A stretch of DNA of 64,000 bases from Camelus ferus (lineage: Eukaryota), in assembly GCF_009834535.1 (NCBI RefSeq), contig NC_045697.1, positions 48,672,001 through 48,736,000 on the forward strand. Direction: 5' to 3'. Position 1 is the stretch's first letter, and every line of letters starts with the position of its first letter. Below are positions 39,960 to 53,244 of the stretch, piece after piece. The notes under the pieces are model-generated. The model was given only the letters and a program-made list of their open reading frames with translations. It did no database searches and had not been told where the DNA came from. The position numbers and the translations under genes were made by a program.

Positions 39960-42900
39960 CTGGCGCTTGTCTGCGATGGGAGATGACCGTGACCTCATGT
40001 GGACAGGGACGGCACGGACGTCTGAGCGCTCCAGCAGATCCTCGGCCGACATGGACTTCCCAGCCCTCCCGGCCACGGCCCCCCACGAGGAGGGCTCCCC
40101 AGGGGTCCGGTCCAGCCTCTGGGGGCCCTTTGGCCCGCCGTTTGCTCCACCGAGCAGCTCTCTTGGGGCTTGGTCCCCACGGCGCCGGTCCCCAAGGAGG
40201 CGGCCACCGGCGAAGGAGCTGCTGCGATCTCGAGGGACCCGCGAGGGCTCCCCGCCACCCCCCACTGCGGCGGCCGGCAGGTGGGTGGCCTCCCTGCAGG
40301 GCGGCAGGCTGGGCTCCCGCAGCGAGGAGAGGCTGGAGGCCGCAGCGAGGCCGGGGCCCTCGGGCGTCGCGGGCGAGGACTGGAGGTAGGCGCTCTGGGC
40401 GCGCTCCCGCAGCGGCCAGGGCTCCTGGAGGCCGGCGGCGGGCCTCTTGCCGGTCTTGCGCTGAATGTAGTCGGCCAGGGCGCTCTGCTGGAACTGCTTC
40501 AGCTCGGGCCCGGACAGGCTGAGTGTCGAGCACGCCCTGCCGTCGCGCTCGAAGATACGGCGCCGGTCAGCCACCGAGTTCTCGGCGAAATGCGGCCCCT
40601 TCCTCGGAGGGCCCGGGGTCGCCGGATCGGCCTCCTCCAAGACCCCCACCTCGTGCATCTTCTCGGGTTCCGAGTAAGAGCGTTTCTTCTGCTCAGGGGT
40701 CAGGCGCCGGCGTGCCCCTCTCCGCGCGGCGGGGGGCGCAAGCCGGGCTGGGTCGCCCTCGGCCGGGGTCACGCTGTGCCGCTCCCGCGGGGTGTGCGGG
40801 GAGGTGGAAACACGCGCCTCGGGGCTCCGCAGCGCCACATGGGCCGATGCAGGTCGCGGCTGCCAGGGCCTGGAAGCCACGGGCGTCCCCAACTCGAGGT
40901 CCCGGCGTCGAAAGGAGGTGGCCCCCAGGACACGGGACTGTGCATCCTTGATGCTATTCCGATAGGCGCGGCTGAAGGGGGCGTCTGGCACTGGCGACTC
41001 AGGCGACTTGGGCGTGCCAGGCCTCTCGTCCCGCCAGACAGCCTCCTTGTCGGCCTCGCTGAAGAGCTGGAAGGTGCTCTGGCTGCGGAGTAGGCGAGTG
41101 TCCCGCCTGGTGGGTTCTCCGGCCCGTAGTTGGGGGCCCCGGCCGCCTTCAGGACCCCGCCTCGGCTGTTGACCACACGGCTGCCAGGAAGCCTCTCCTG
41201 ACTTTGGCTCCTCGTTTTTGAAGTGCTGCTCCCCACTGCCTAGGGGTTCAGTGGATTCGGAAAAACGGATGTGGGCTTTTGTCTCCTCCAAAGGATTGGA
41301 AGTTGGAAATGTCCTGTTGGGCCTGTGGTTATAGGCATAACTCGAGCTGCTGCCCGCACTTGGGGGTCTCTGGCTCCCTTGCTCTCGCTGCTCGATCTTG
41401 GAAACCTTCTCCAGCACTGAGCAGTGGGGCTTCCCGTACTGAAAGCCCTGCAAAGTCGAGGCGCTGCTGGAGCTGAGCCTCCTTCGGCCCAGGCTCCATG
41501 TCTCCTGGGGGCGTGGGGAGAGCGGCTCTTCATACCCTGGGTCTGAACTGTGGAAAGAAGCCAAGGCACTAGTTCTCCCCTCCGGCCTTGGACAAGAAAT
41601 TGACCTGTCCAGGTGGCTCCTGTGATCAGGAACAACTTTCCGTCCAGAGTCCTCTGCCTTGGCATTGACTGCACAAGTCGGCCGGCCATCCAGGTAGACA
41701 TCCTGGGCTCCCCCTCCTAAATCTAGGCTGCTCTGCCTTCTTAGACTCTCAGGAATGTTCTGGAGGGAGGAGAAGGCAGATTTGGTCTTGCCAAAGTTGC
41801 TTGGCATGCTCTGGCCTAGGCTGCCTCTCTCGAGCCTCCGCTGGATGTTGGCATTATGGTCTTCATGAAAATCCCCCTCCCAAGGCTCTGAGGGCGTGAA
41901 AGATCGCTTGTCTTCACCCACGTGCCAGGCCTGAGCCTGAGGGGACTGGAGGCCATGGTAATGAGAGTACTTGTTGCCATGGGAGCTCTTTCTCTCACTG
42001 GGAAGTGGGCTGTCACACTGGAGAGGTGTGAGGTGTCTCTTCAGGGAGGTCTCCTCCTCGTTTTCAGGCACTGAAGGGAAATGGACTTTGTAGGGGACAC
42101 ATTTGGCTGAAGTCTCGGGTCTCCTCTCTACTGGGGACACGGAGTCATGTTCTAGGGGCTGGCAGAAGGCAAAGCCAGGCCTGCTAGAGCCATTTTGGTT
42201 CCCATTCTCGTCAAGGGCAGCCATCTTGTCGCAAACTCCCTGGGGAGTGGTGTACCCGCCCTCCTTGGCCAGTGCAGGGTAGAGCGTGCCATTACTACTT
42301 ACGGAAGACTGGGGCACCTGGGCAAAGTGTGGCTCCAGGGCAGGTACCGGGTAGATGCCAGTTGGCAGCAGAGGTTGGCCAGGCTGGGCCTTCTGCGTGT
42401 AATTATGCTTGGGCCTCACGGGGGGGCTGTTTTCTGGACTCTTCTCTAGCACCGTATGCAGCTGTTCCTCCATGAAGGGAGATTTCAGGGCGCCTGCAGA
42501 GTTGGCCTGAGGCCGGCAGGACCGTTTCTGATCGAGGTTGGACCAAGAGCCGGGCCGTTCCCGCTGCCGAAAGGCGGCATAACTGTCACTCCGAGCCGGG
42601 GGCAGAGGTGCGCCCACTTTAGGAGGCAAGTGGTCAGCGGTGGTCTCCAAAGAACTGGGGCACTGCTGGCTCCAGGAAGCAGGTGGCGCTCCCTTGCCCC
42701 GAGGAACATTATGCCATTTATCATAGCCCTGACCATCTGTGGATGCTCGGGTGTCCCTAGCTTGGAGAAGGAGGGCTGAAGAGTTCACCTCATACTCGGC
42801 CGAGACTCCCCTCCGGGGGTCATAGACTGTCTTGACATAGCGAATGTCTGCCTGCCTCATCCCTTCTAGGAGGCCACCTCGAGCAGAAATGGTGTCCAGG

Positions 42901-43170
42901 GAGCCTGAGCGCTCCCGGCCAGAGACGCCCGGGGGTGGATACTCAAGGATGCTAGAACTGGTGGAGAAGGAGCTGTAAGCCGAGTCTCTCTTGTTATGGA
43001 GGTGGCTGAGCTGGTCGATGCTGCTGGTGGACTTGGCCGGGGAGAGAAGGTGGCAGGGCGGATATCCCCCGCTGGGCTCCAGGCTCTCCATGCTCCCCTG
43101 GGAGCTGCACTGGTCAGGGCTCCGCCTCAGATAAGCATGGTCATAGTTGGAGAGGTCACTGGTAGAGGAG
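39960..43170 (-). CDS. SHROOM3: SHROOM3 large exon (exon 5 equivalent), 3211 bp; includes the ASD1 actin-binding domain (~40450-40990)
   Basis: Acceptor ctccctctcttccag|C and donor CGCCAG|gtatgt. ORF 39936..43091 carries KRDSAYSSFS, PPARSDSYAA, YRNSIKDAQSRVLGATSFRRRDL, KKRSYSEPEKM, SVADRRRIFE and GKSMSAEDLLERS. Phase 2 in, 0 out. Confidence 0.98.
39990..41180. other. GC/CpG-rich island-like segment within SHROOM3 exon 5
   Basis: Visibly high GC and dense CpG relative to the flanking introns; not computed. Confidence 0.7.
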
Positions 43171-45339
43171 CTGGAAGAGAGGGAGGCAAAGCAGTCAGCA
43201 CTGAGCTGCTAGCATTCAGCAGGCTTACAGGCACAGGACCCAGCTTATAAATGTACTCTTGTGCAAGATGTTTGGTTTCTGGAAGGGTCAGGGAAAGGGC
43301 CATATTTGGGCCTGACTCGGCCTCCCTACGTGTCGTCACTAGGAGTAATTGCCCAACACCGTAACCTGTGTGCCTCTAATTAATCACCCAGGCTCACCAG
43401 GGGAGAAGTGGGGAGAACGAGGAAGCCAGGCGGCCTTTGAGCACAGGCAGCAACATTGATGTGATTTGTTATGTGCCAGGAGTAACATTCTGCATAGACC
43501 AAGAAATGCGAGAGGTGGGCGAGGAAAGAGGCGAGGGACGGAGACTGCATTTTGCGTCCCTTGGGGCGGGCTGTGGGAAGAAAGGGGAAAGCTTAGTAAG
43601 AGACCAGGCACGCGCCTGGGTGAGGGAGACTCTGCACATGTACATGGTTTTAGTTAATATCTTTCCTTTTTATGGAATTGAAGGGCTACTCTCTGGCAAT
43701 CTTCCTGGAATCCCAACTGTACAAGAGACAATTTGTTTGTGGTGAGAAAGCCAAACACGAAACTGAATGAGAGAAGGACAGAGAGGGAGATGAAGAGTCA
43801 GAAAGAGCAGACGAGAGAGAACGAGAGGGAGGCCCAGTCACAGGAGGCTCCTGGGTGCTGGGCATCCATCACCCGTGGACGACTTCCAGAGTCTGGGCAC
43901 AGTCTCAAACACTCGGACGGTAACACTTTCTCTATCACAGGCTCCTCCAGGTGATTTTCAGAGCCTGCCTGGGGGAGGCGGAATGACTCTGACTCCTGGC
44001 ATCATACACCCCAGAAAGCTGCCTGGAACAGAATTACTTGTAATTAGCTTTAATTACAATTTCAAAATATACTTCCCCAACATGCTGGGGGAGGAGGGAC
44101 ATAGATACAGGAAGGAATCAGTAGTTCAAAAATCAAATAGCAGTCTCCACAGTTCACACGTTTGTGGCTCACTATTCCCTAAAGAAGAGTAAAGAAGAAT
44201 TAAGAGCTCTTGCCTAAGGTTTTCCATTTTTAAATGACTAGGCAGCCAGGCACGATTAAAATTCATGGAGCTATTATTATATTTCTAGATCTCCTGTAAG
44301 TAAATGTGGTGTCTCACTGGCCCAGGATGTGGCAGTGCTGAATGGCTGGACTGTCTCCAGAGTATGTGGGAAGAGACTAGAAGGATCATATTCTGAGTCA
44401 AAACTGGTACAGGAATTCAAGGAAAAGAAGACTACATTTTCATCAACTCACCCCAAGAAGGTAATTTTTCTCTATCAGAGGAAGTGAACTCACTTTCTGG
44501 AACATCCTGCTTTGGGAGGGACAGGTGTTAAATTCAAGGGAGAAAGGAAGGGGACAGCTCCCGAGCCAACCAGATGAGGGAAATCAGTCCTGGCACTCAG
44601 TGGCACGGCAGATGTCACTGCCAGCTTTTACCCGCCACTCTCCCCTCTACGTGAAGAGGCTGTGTTGAAAATGCACATGACAAGGCTCAGTTGAGGATAA
44701 TCCCATATGACCCACTTCTGCTTCCCTTTATCTCCTCAAACAGAAGATTCAGAGCTAATACTTCGAGGGGACCTGGAAGCAGTCGATCCCACAAGGGCTG
44801 TATCGCTTACCAGTTCCATGCAGGTGGTAGACACCACTAAATCCTCCTCCCAACTGCTAAGAATTTTAGCAGTCTTTCATTGAAAGGATAATTCAAATTT
44901 GACTTTTTCTTGCACGTTCCTAAATTAAAGTGTATTAACTGACGGGTTAACGGAAGCACTACTAAGTGGGAGGAAACGTCGTCACCAACTTACTTCAAAA
45001 TACAGATGGTGTCTGGAAACACGAAGTCACTGGCGTACATGTCTCTAGCCAGGCAGCGCAAGGGTAGAGTGGGCTCCATCCCATAGCCAAAGGAAACTGA
45101 ACCCACCAATCCTCAGATGGAATGCATCACCTGAGGACTGTGACATGCTCTTCCCTGCTTTTCAGGGAATTCCCATTCCTGAGTTGACTGGGGACCATGA
45201 TGAATGCCTTGTGCCATGCCATGGAGTGCCCTGACATCACCCTCTAGGAATAAGGTCTTCTACCACATCCTGGGAGCAGCCACTCTGATTACCCTCACCA
45301 TTCCTGCTTCCAAGATGGCACTCTCAGTGATGCTTAAAA

Positions 45340-45745
45340 AGAACATAGCATGAAGGTCTTCAGTCCCTGCAACAGTCCCAGCCCACACAGAGATAGCCTT
45401 ACTATCAAGATGAGTGTGTCGAGTGTGTCAGAGTTCCTGCTGTGTGTGGCGACCTCTCCAACCTCATTTTCTATTGCCCTCCTTCTTGCTCACTGACAGC
45501 CTACTCACAGTCCCTCAAACCCATGAGATATATTCCCATGTCAGGGTCTCAGGGCCTCTGTATTCGCTGTTCCCACCACAAGGAATGCTCTTCACCTGGC
45601 TCACTCCTTTCCTCTAGTCAAGTCTCTGCATCACAGAAGACTTCCTGGAACTCACTATCTAAAAAGTACCTCCTCTCTCCTTACTCCCTATTACTCTGCT
45701 TTATTACCTCATAGCACTTACCGCTACTTGATATTACATCACATC
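45340..45745 (+). mobile_element. L2 fragment
   Basis: ggaatgctcttc...tggctcactcc...tactctgctttatt...catagcacttaccgctac. Confidence 0.65.
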
Positions 45746-47399
45746 CCTCTGCTTGTATGAAAGAGACTTCCATTGTATCTATAATGTTTAAGATCTGAAG
45801 CAAATATAACTAAATGTTAATTCTGTGGTAGAGCCAAGCATCCTTAGAATGTTACTCTATTTTATGTTTAAAAGTATTTTCTACATACTTAAAATACAGC
45901 AAAGAGCACAAAGCAAGTATATGAAAACATTTCCTAAAGTGTATTCCCAAAACATTAATTCCTTGGATGATCAAATATGTTTGGAAGACACTGGGATAAA
46001 TAAGTTAAATAACTGTAGTTACTTTAAGACTTCTGAGTCCTTAATAAACTATTGTTCACATGATGTTTTTAAGGGAAAATATACTAAGCAGAGTTTTCTA
46101 AATGTATATGACCCTAGAAATTTTTTCTAAGGCACATCTAATGGATTATTATTCTATAGAACCCCCCACCTGGGGAAACAATAAATATTACAGGGTGGGG
46201 GCTTTTTATGTCTTGTTCAGTCTTGTACCCTCAATAACTAGAAATCATCTGAGACATAGTAGGTACTCCACATCTATTTGTCAAAGAAAAGAATCAATGA
46301 ACACATACTGGTTCTTTAGAATTTTGATACTGTTAATTCAGCCTCTTAGGAGGGGACTAGACTACATGACTTTAAGGTTTCTTCTTTAATACTTGAGGAC
46401 CATTGTGAGATCTCTGTAGGACAGCAAAAACTCAGCGACAAGGGTCTGACAGAAAGCGGCTGAAATACAATTTCTGTGAAATCCCAGATGCAAGCCAGTT
46501 TGCAGACAGTGAAAATTACATGTGTTCAGTCTCTCTGAACACCTGTCCCTCTCTCCTCACTCCTGCCTCTCCCCACCCCTCGAGCTCCCTCCTCCTCCCG
46601 CTTTTTAATGAGAAACAGATCCACACATTTAGGACTGAGATGGGGTTTCTGGAACTAAATGAAGGCTGTCAGAGGAATGCCAACCCCCAGACCACTAGCT
46701 GCCACTGTGCTCCCCAGAAATGTGCCAGCAGAGCTTCCCCATCTACAGTTGCCAAGGGCAGACTCTCCAAGCAGGCTCTGAGCTGCTGGAGCTGGAAGCC
46801 CGAGGCACGGAGTGAACAGACCACAGGGTGCTTTGTGCCAGCGTCGAGGAGAATCCACACGTCAGTCACTTTGGGTGCTCTGAGCTCTGCAGTCTCCCTC
46901 TGTACCCTCTACAGAGCTTTTGTGCTGACAGTCACTGTGTCAGAGGGAGGCTGTTCTGAAGCTTGAACTGGATGACAGACTGGTAGGTACAGTACAAGAT
47001 CCACCTGCCTAAACCCCTCTGGAGCTTGGGCCGAGAAGGAAACGGCGAGTGGAGAAGCTTCAGGATACCACAGTTCCGAGTCCGCCTCCGCCGTCCTCCT
47101 GGGGCCTCCTGGCGCTCACCAGGGCTCCTGCAAGCAGTTATTCTAAGCACTGGTTACAGTTGCCTTATTTCTGCCTTTGGACTAGCATAATTTTTAGGTC
47201 ACAGCATGACTTCAGATTTCAGGCCTCCTAAGGTGAGGGGTTAGGAGGCTTCAAAGGGCCCCACTGCGTAGGGGTCTTCTGTTAACATGCACCTGCATTC
47301 TATAAATATGAGCCGGTTTATGCCATTTCTCTAGTTCATTACTAGGTTTCACTGTGCATCTGATAAGTCTTCAGCCTAATTATTATAATAAGTTTTCAT

Positions 47400-47630
47400 A
47401 ATTATTGAGTGTCTACTACATTCCAGGGACTACACTGAATGTTTTGCACATTATTTTGTTTAGTCCTCATTATGATCCAGTGAGATATATATTATTAATT
47501 TCATTTTACAGACAAGGAAATCAAGATCAAAGAGGTTAAGTGGTTTGCTCAAGCTCATGCAGTAGGTGGTGAAGCTGAGATTTAACCCGAGGTCTGACTT
47601 AGAAGCCCAAGTACCTCACCATCACGCTGT
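47400..47630 (-). mobile_element. MIR relic
   Basis: ttattgagtgtctactacattccagg...cattttacagacaaggaaatcaagatcaaagaggttaagtggtttgctcaag. Confidence 0.8.
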
Positions 47631-47899
47631 GCTTCCTTCACACTGTTAGGCTCCCAAAGCGAATTCTCTGAAGGTCTTCAACACCTCCGCGCCCACAGAG
47701 CAAACGCTCTCTGCCTGTGTGGTGTGGGCCCTGCCAGGGTCTCTGGTCCCGGAGCACACATGGCTCAGATGGTGAGAATAAACTCTCTCAGGGTTACTGG
47801 GAGGGCCAAGGGAGAGGAGTGTCTGTAACAAGGAGGGCAGCCAGGGAAGTATCGTAATATGCTGGGCGCCATGCCCACCCTTGAGAGATCTGGGATTTG

Positions 47900-48333
47900 G
47901 CCATTGATTTGGGCAGACATGAGTGTTAGGGGTTCTGAGTCCTGGCCAAATGCATAGCCACCATCTGTTAGTTAAGTAATCCTTCCAGAAGCCAACTCCC
48001 CGCTCCCTGATATGCAGCAGCACCTACATCTCATTCACGTAGGACCCACGTTACCCTGAGCCTCCAGCCTTCCTACCACCACCCGTATCCAAGTACTTTC
48101 AAAAAGTGGTGAGTGGCAGAGCCTGCCTCCCTGGAATCAGAAGATGGATGCAAATTCGCATGGCTCCAAGTCTGCAGTAAGTGTAGGGGCATCCTGACTT
48201 AGTTCTGTAATATGTCTGGGTGATCAGGCTCGGCCCCCTTCTCCCCAGTCCCCTTCAACTGTGTAAGCTCTAATTACTATAATAAATCTCTCCTCCCATA
48301 ACCTGCTTTTTCCTGACAGACCTTGACTGATAG
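47900..48333 (+). mobile_element. Probable ERVL/MLT2-like LTR remnant
   Basis: 3' end ctgtgtaagctctaattactataataaatctc...ccttgactgata resembles an LTR U5 end. The 5' limit is uncertain. Confidence 0.4.
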
Positions 48334-49044
48334 AGTGACTAGAAAAGCAGAGGATGTACAACTAGTTTAACTAGTACACAGGAAGTATAGCCAGTGGCTA
48401 TGGGCAGTGGTGCTGAAACCTGGCTTGGATGTGAGTCTTGACTAGGTTACTGATCAGACACTTGACCTTGGACAAACTCATCTCTCCAGCTTCTGCTTCC
48501 TGTCCTGTGAAACAGGGTTAAGAACACTGTATCTGTTTCAAAGGCATGTATGAAGGACCACATGAGATGACGTACACGCTGAACAGTTCTCAGTGTGTTA
48601 ACTGCTTCAGTTGGAGCCAAACTGGGTAACTGGCCTGAACGGAGGGAGAAAAACCAAGGGGGAGTTCAAATACTGAATACAATCATTGGGATAAAAAACA
48701 GATACATATCTGACTATAGAAGGAAGGACGTGAAGCATTGAGGGAGGGAGTCGTCAGTTTTTCTAGCACAGGTTATAATGTGTATGTGAGAAGGGTCTGA
48801 CCGAGACTCGATAGACCCCATAAATATCTCAAATGGCCGGTCAGTGCTCGTAATAATTCTGGCCTCCCTCTACACCAGTTCTAGCCCAGGATGCAAGGAT
48901 GACACGTACACATGTTAGGGGTTTGAAGATGAGGATGGTGGGGAGAGAGATTTAACACTCGGCGTGAGTTTAAGAAAACAATCTTTTCTGGGAACAGGAT
49001 ATTTCAAAGTAAGAACCCCCTGGGCCTCAGGTGTGGCCACTTAC

Positions 49045-49176
49045 CTGGAATGGTAGCTTTGGGGCCAAGGAGTGCCAATCATGCCCTGAGATATCTGCAT
49101 CATGCTGGCATCGGGTTGGCTGTCTCCAAATTTGGTTGAATGCCAGGAGTGAGGTCGGCCCACAGGTTCACTGCGC
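49045..49176 (-). CDS. SHROOM3: SHROOM3 coding exon (human exon 4 equivalent), 132 bp; contains in-frame MMQISQG
   Basis: Acceptor tgtctccccag|G and donor CCAG|gtaagt. Translates (R)RSEPVGRPHSWHSTKFGDSQPDASMMQISQGMIGTPWPQSYHS, close to recalled human SHROOM3. Phase 2/2. Not in the ORF track. Confidence 0.95.
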
Positions 49177-49433
49177 CTGGGGAGACACAGGAGAGGGGCC
49201 CCCACATTAGGAGCATTCTCAGCCCATCTCTTTGCCCACCGGATTTACGTATTTGGAAGCAGACACTACTATGTCCTCAGAGAGCAAAAACAATCAGGTA
49301 AATACTGGCAAGTAGACCTTACTCATCATTGTTCTTCTCTGCTTTATTAATATTTTCATTTTCCTTTTAATTTTAACATGATTTCAGTTACATACAAATA
49401 TTGCAAACTTAGTTTAAACAATTCCCGCATAAG

Positions 49434-50205
49434 CCCTAGTGCATTGTTGGTGAGAGTGCAAATTGGTGCAGCCACTATGGAAAACAGCCTGGAGTTTCCT
49501 TTAAAAAATTAAAAATAGAACTACCAATATGATCCAGCAATCCCACTTCTGGGTATATATCCAAAGACACTGAAATAAGGATCTCACAGAGACATCTGCT
49601 TTCCTATGTTCACTGTAGCACTACTCACAATAGCTAAGATATGGAAACAACCTAAGTATTAGTGGATAAATAGATAAAGAAGATGTGACTTATGTATACA
49701 ACGGAATATTATTCAGTCATGGGGAAGAAAAAAATCCTGTCATTTGCAACAACTTGGATGCATTATGCTAAGTGAATGAAGCCAGGTAGAGAAAGACAAA
49801 TACTGCATAATTTCACTTATATGAAGACTCTAAAAAGAACAACCCAGAAAAACAGAGTAGAGGGGTGGTTACCAGGGGTTGGAGAGAATGGGGAGATTTT
49901 GGTCAAAGGGTACAAACTTCAAGTTATAAGATTAACAAGTTCTAGGGATCTAATGTACAGAGTGATTATAGTTAATAATACTGTACATATACATACTCGA
50001 ATGTTGCTAAGGGAATAGATTTTAAATGTTCTCACTGCAAAAAAAGAAAGAAAGAAAGAAGTGGTAACTATGTGACTGGATGGAGGTGGTAACTAATACT
50101 ATGGTGGTAATCATTTTGCAATTTATAAATGTACCAGATCAAGATGTTGAATACCTTAAACTTATACAATGATTGAAATATTAATTATATTTCAATAAAG
50201 ATGGG
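49434..50205 (+). mobile_element. L1MA-like 3' fragment (ORF2 tail plus 3' UTR) nested in an older L1 remnant
   Basis: caaattggtgcagccactatggaaaacag...tatgatccagcaatcccacttctgggtatatatccaaag...ggtcaaagggtacaaactt...caataaa. Confidence 0.9.
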
Positions 50206-51419
50206 AAACAATCCCACATGACCTTCACCAGGCTTTCCTACATGTTAACATTTTATGTTTTATTTAAAGCACATGGAGTTGCCTTGGTCTTTCTTTGCAC
50301 TACTTACCCATGTATAAATACGGGAGCAGTAATTCTTGCCCACCTCCCAAGGGACTTCGGGTGGAAATATGGTTAAAAGCTTTCTGGGGACTTTAAAGTC
50401 CTGTCATATCCTGATGCTGGAAATGCTATTATTTTAATATCTTGGTAAGAACTACATAAAAATTAGCAGCTACCTTGGTATTAACACTGCTCCAGGCTGC
50501 ACAGCATAAACAAGATACTCTACAAAACAGTTTCTCATTTTGCAACTCAATGACTTCATTTTTAAACATTCTGCCCTTAGAACACAAAGAACTGACAAAG
50601 CCAAAGGGAAAAGTGGGTGTCTTTCAAACTGCAATCCTGAAGGGGAATTGGTAAGGAGGATTACACTACTATTGAAGGTCAGGGTCAGGAGAGAGTGGCT
50701 ATGCTTTATTTTTGGCAAAAAAAAAAAAAAAAAAAAAAAAAAATGAGGTAAGCGATCAAGCATTTTATGCTAAAAACTTTTGAATGGTAAGAATGTAAGG
50801 AAATCTTTCTGCAATTTAGAAGCACTTTTATGAGATCCAGGAATCCACCTTGATTTGCTGAAGGTGAAGCTGTAAATATCTATTCCTTTTCTATCCAGCA
50901 CCAACCAATAAAATTTGAAGAGTGTTAAGTGTATCAGAATAATATTAGCCCAGGTGTCAGGAGATTTGGGTTCCTACCCTGACGTTATTAACTTGCTCTA
51001 TGACCCTGTGTAGGTCACTCCCCAACTTGAAGCTTCTAAAATGAAGACATTAACCAAAGAGGCTGGATTAACCTCATTTTAATCTGAAATAACTTTTAAA
51101 ATGTGTAAGAGAGACACTGAAGGACTTGCCAAGAGATAATGATTTCCAAAACATACATATATTTCAATTTTCTGAAGAGCAGATATGGTGATGGGAAAAT
51201 GGTCTTGTGTGAAGCAAATGATCATTGGAGGCAAACAAGATTTTCAGCCGTCAGTCAATAAATACTGAATCAAAGGCACCTAAAGGCAGGTGGACTAATG
51301 TCTGGGTTGCTAGACAGGCCAGGCCAAGAGAGAAAAGTTGAAATCTCTTTTGATCGAATTCTGGAGTTGGAAAGAGGCTGGAATGTGTGGCTAAAGGTAC
51401 CAGCTCCAATGTCAGAGAA

Positions 51420-51612
51420 ATTCTAATCCTAATACCCATTACTGGTTTCTTGGCTTTTAGATTTTAGTTAAGTTTCTTAACTGCTCTGAGTTTCCTCATC
51501 TGTAAACAGCAGACTATAATAGAACCTACTCATAGGGGTTTATGTGAGATTAAAAATGAGATTATATACCCAGCACACAGTAAGAGCTCAATACCTGTTA
51601 AGTATAATTATC
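51420..51612 (+). mobile_element. MIR relic
   Basis: agtttcctcatctgtaaa...gaacctactcatagggg...gagattaaa...cagcacacagtaagagctcaata. Confidence 0.8.
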
Positions 51613-53244
51613 ATCAACCATTCATTATTAATGAATTGATAAGGAGTCGAGGTAAGCCCGTTAGAGAGCTCTGAGAGGAAGGGCAGAAAGGGGGAGCAAG
51701 AGGCTGGATGAATGAAAGCGGGGAGGGGAATGGACAGGAACTCTTGGTGGCGCAGTGGCCCAGCTCTGAGCATCCCAGTAAGGTATCAAGAGTTAAGAAT
51801 TAGGGCAGAACCTGTGCTGAGACCTACTGTGGTCACAGCCTGAAGGACCTTGGCCATTCTGGTGAGGCCAGGGCAGTGGCTGGGACCTCTAGTCAGGGAA
51901 GTAAACACAGGCCAAGGAGGAACAAGCCTTGCCCACCTGGGTACAAGGACAGAACTCAAGGAAACAGCAGCACTGCCCTGGGCCAGAGAGATGCAGCAGG
52001 ATGCGAAATTAAGAGGCCCACTGCGGAAGCCAATAGATGACAACTTGCCTGGCTTCCTGCTCCCATACCTCTCTAATCCTCACAGAAGGCCCCAGGTGCC
52101 CCACTCCTCCAGTAAATTCAATCCGCCCTTGCTCAGGGAGGCATTCAGGGAGCCCTGGGTTCACGGCTCAGGATCTGAGTGGCTTGGCATTCTTGCTGCT
52201 AGCTCCACTCTGACCCTGCACACCCTGCTTCTCAGAAACTAGGCTGATGCCTCTTCGACCAGTTCCTCGAAGCCAGGCTACCCCCTTGAACCCCAATTCC
52301 TCACTGACTTAGATTCCCACCTTATCACCCAGTTCCATCCAGTGATGAGAAATCCTTCCCAGTGCTCCAAGCCCCTTAAGGACAGGCCAAATCACATAGT
52401 CCGTTAAGTCCCAGGGTCAGTGCTCAAACCAAGCTACATATGACTTCAGACTCAATAAATGTTACTGGTTAATCATACAGCAAAACCCCAGAACTTAATG
52501 GAAAAAAATATAAAGTCTCTTTAGCATAAGGCACCTGGAAACATTTCATATACGTATCATTCTGGACCCAAATGGGTCCAAAATACCTAAGGAGAAAAAG
52601 CAAACTGTCTTGGTGGTGGAGCGGCCCAGCTCTGAGCATCACTCATGTTCTGGCTGCCAAGTGAAGAGTTCTCAGTGGTAGGACTCGGGAAGCAACGGGC
52701 ACAGGTGAAGAGTGAAGGCAGCCCAGCACCTGAGGATGGTAATGCTGAGAACGGCTCTTTGGCATCTTTATACCCCAACAGTATCCGTCCATGCTCAGCT
52801 AAATACGCCGGGGCTGAGCAGCTTTTCCCACCCAAGGGAAATGGACAGGGCTGGAAAATTCAACAGGCTCTGTAGAGAGAAGAGAAGGTCCCTCTTCTCA
52901 TCAAGGAGCTGAGGCATGAGACAATGTTTACCAATAACCTCAGGGATTCCAGAGAAGCCCTCCAGCCTGAAATCTCAGTGGGAAGAAGTGAGGGGGCGCC
53001 CTGTAGCAGAACACAGCGACCCAGTCTTAAAATCAGTTGGTACACCTCCCTCATGAAGGATCAGACACTGCGCAAAGTTCTGAATCAGACGCTGAAGTGT
53101 AAAATGAGGCTGTGCAGAGTACGACGATGATAAATGGAACACTTTCATCTAGGTAAGGTGAAGAAAATTTCTCTTTGTGCTTTGAATACAAGAGCAAGGC
53201 TTTCTTTTAAATGTAAGCTATCTGGACTTTTCTACAATTTCCTT

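Noticed and set aside
39827..41701. Long overlapping ORFs (231, 307, 208, 155, 153 aa) antisense or out of frame to exon 5
   Set aside because: Expected by-product of GC-rich coding DNA with few stop codons; low-complexity Arg/Gly/Pro/Ala peptides with no recognisable family.
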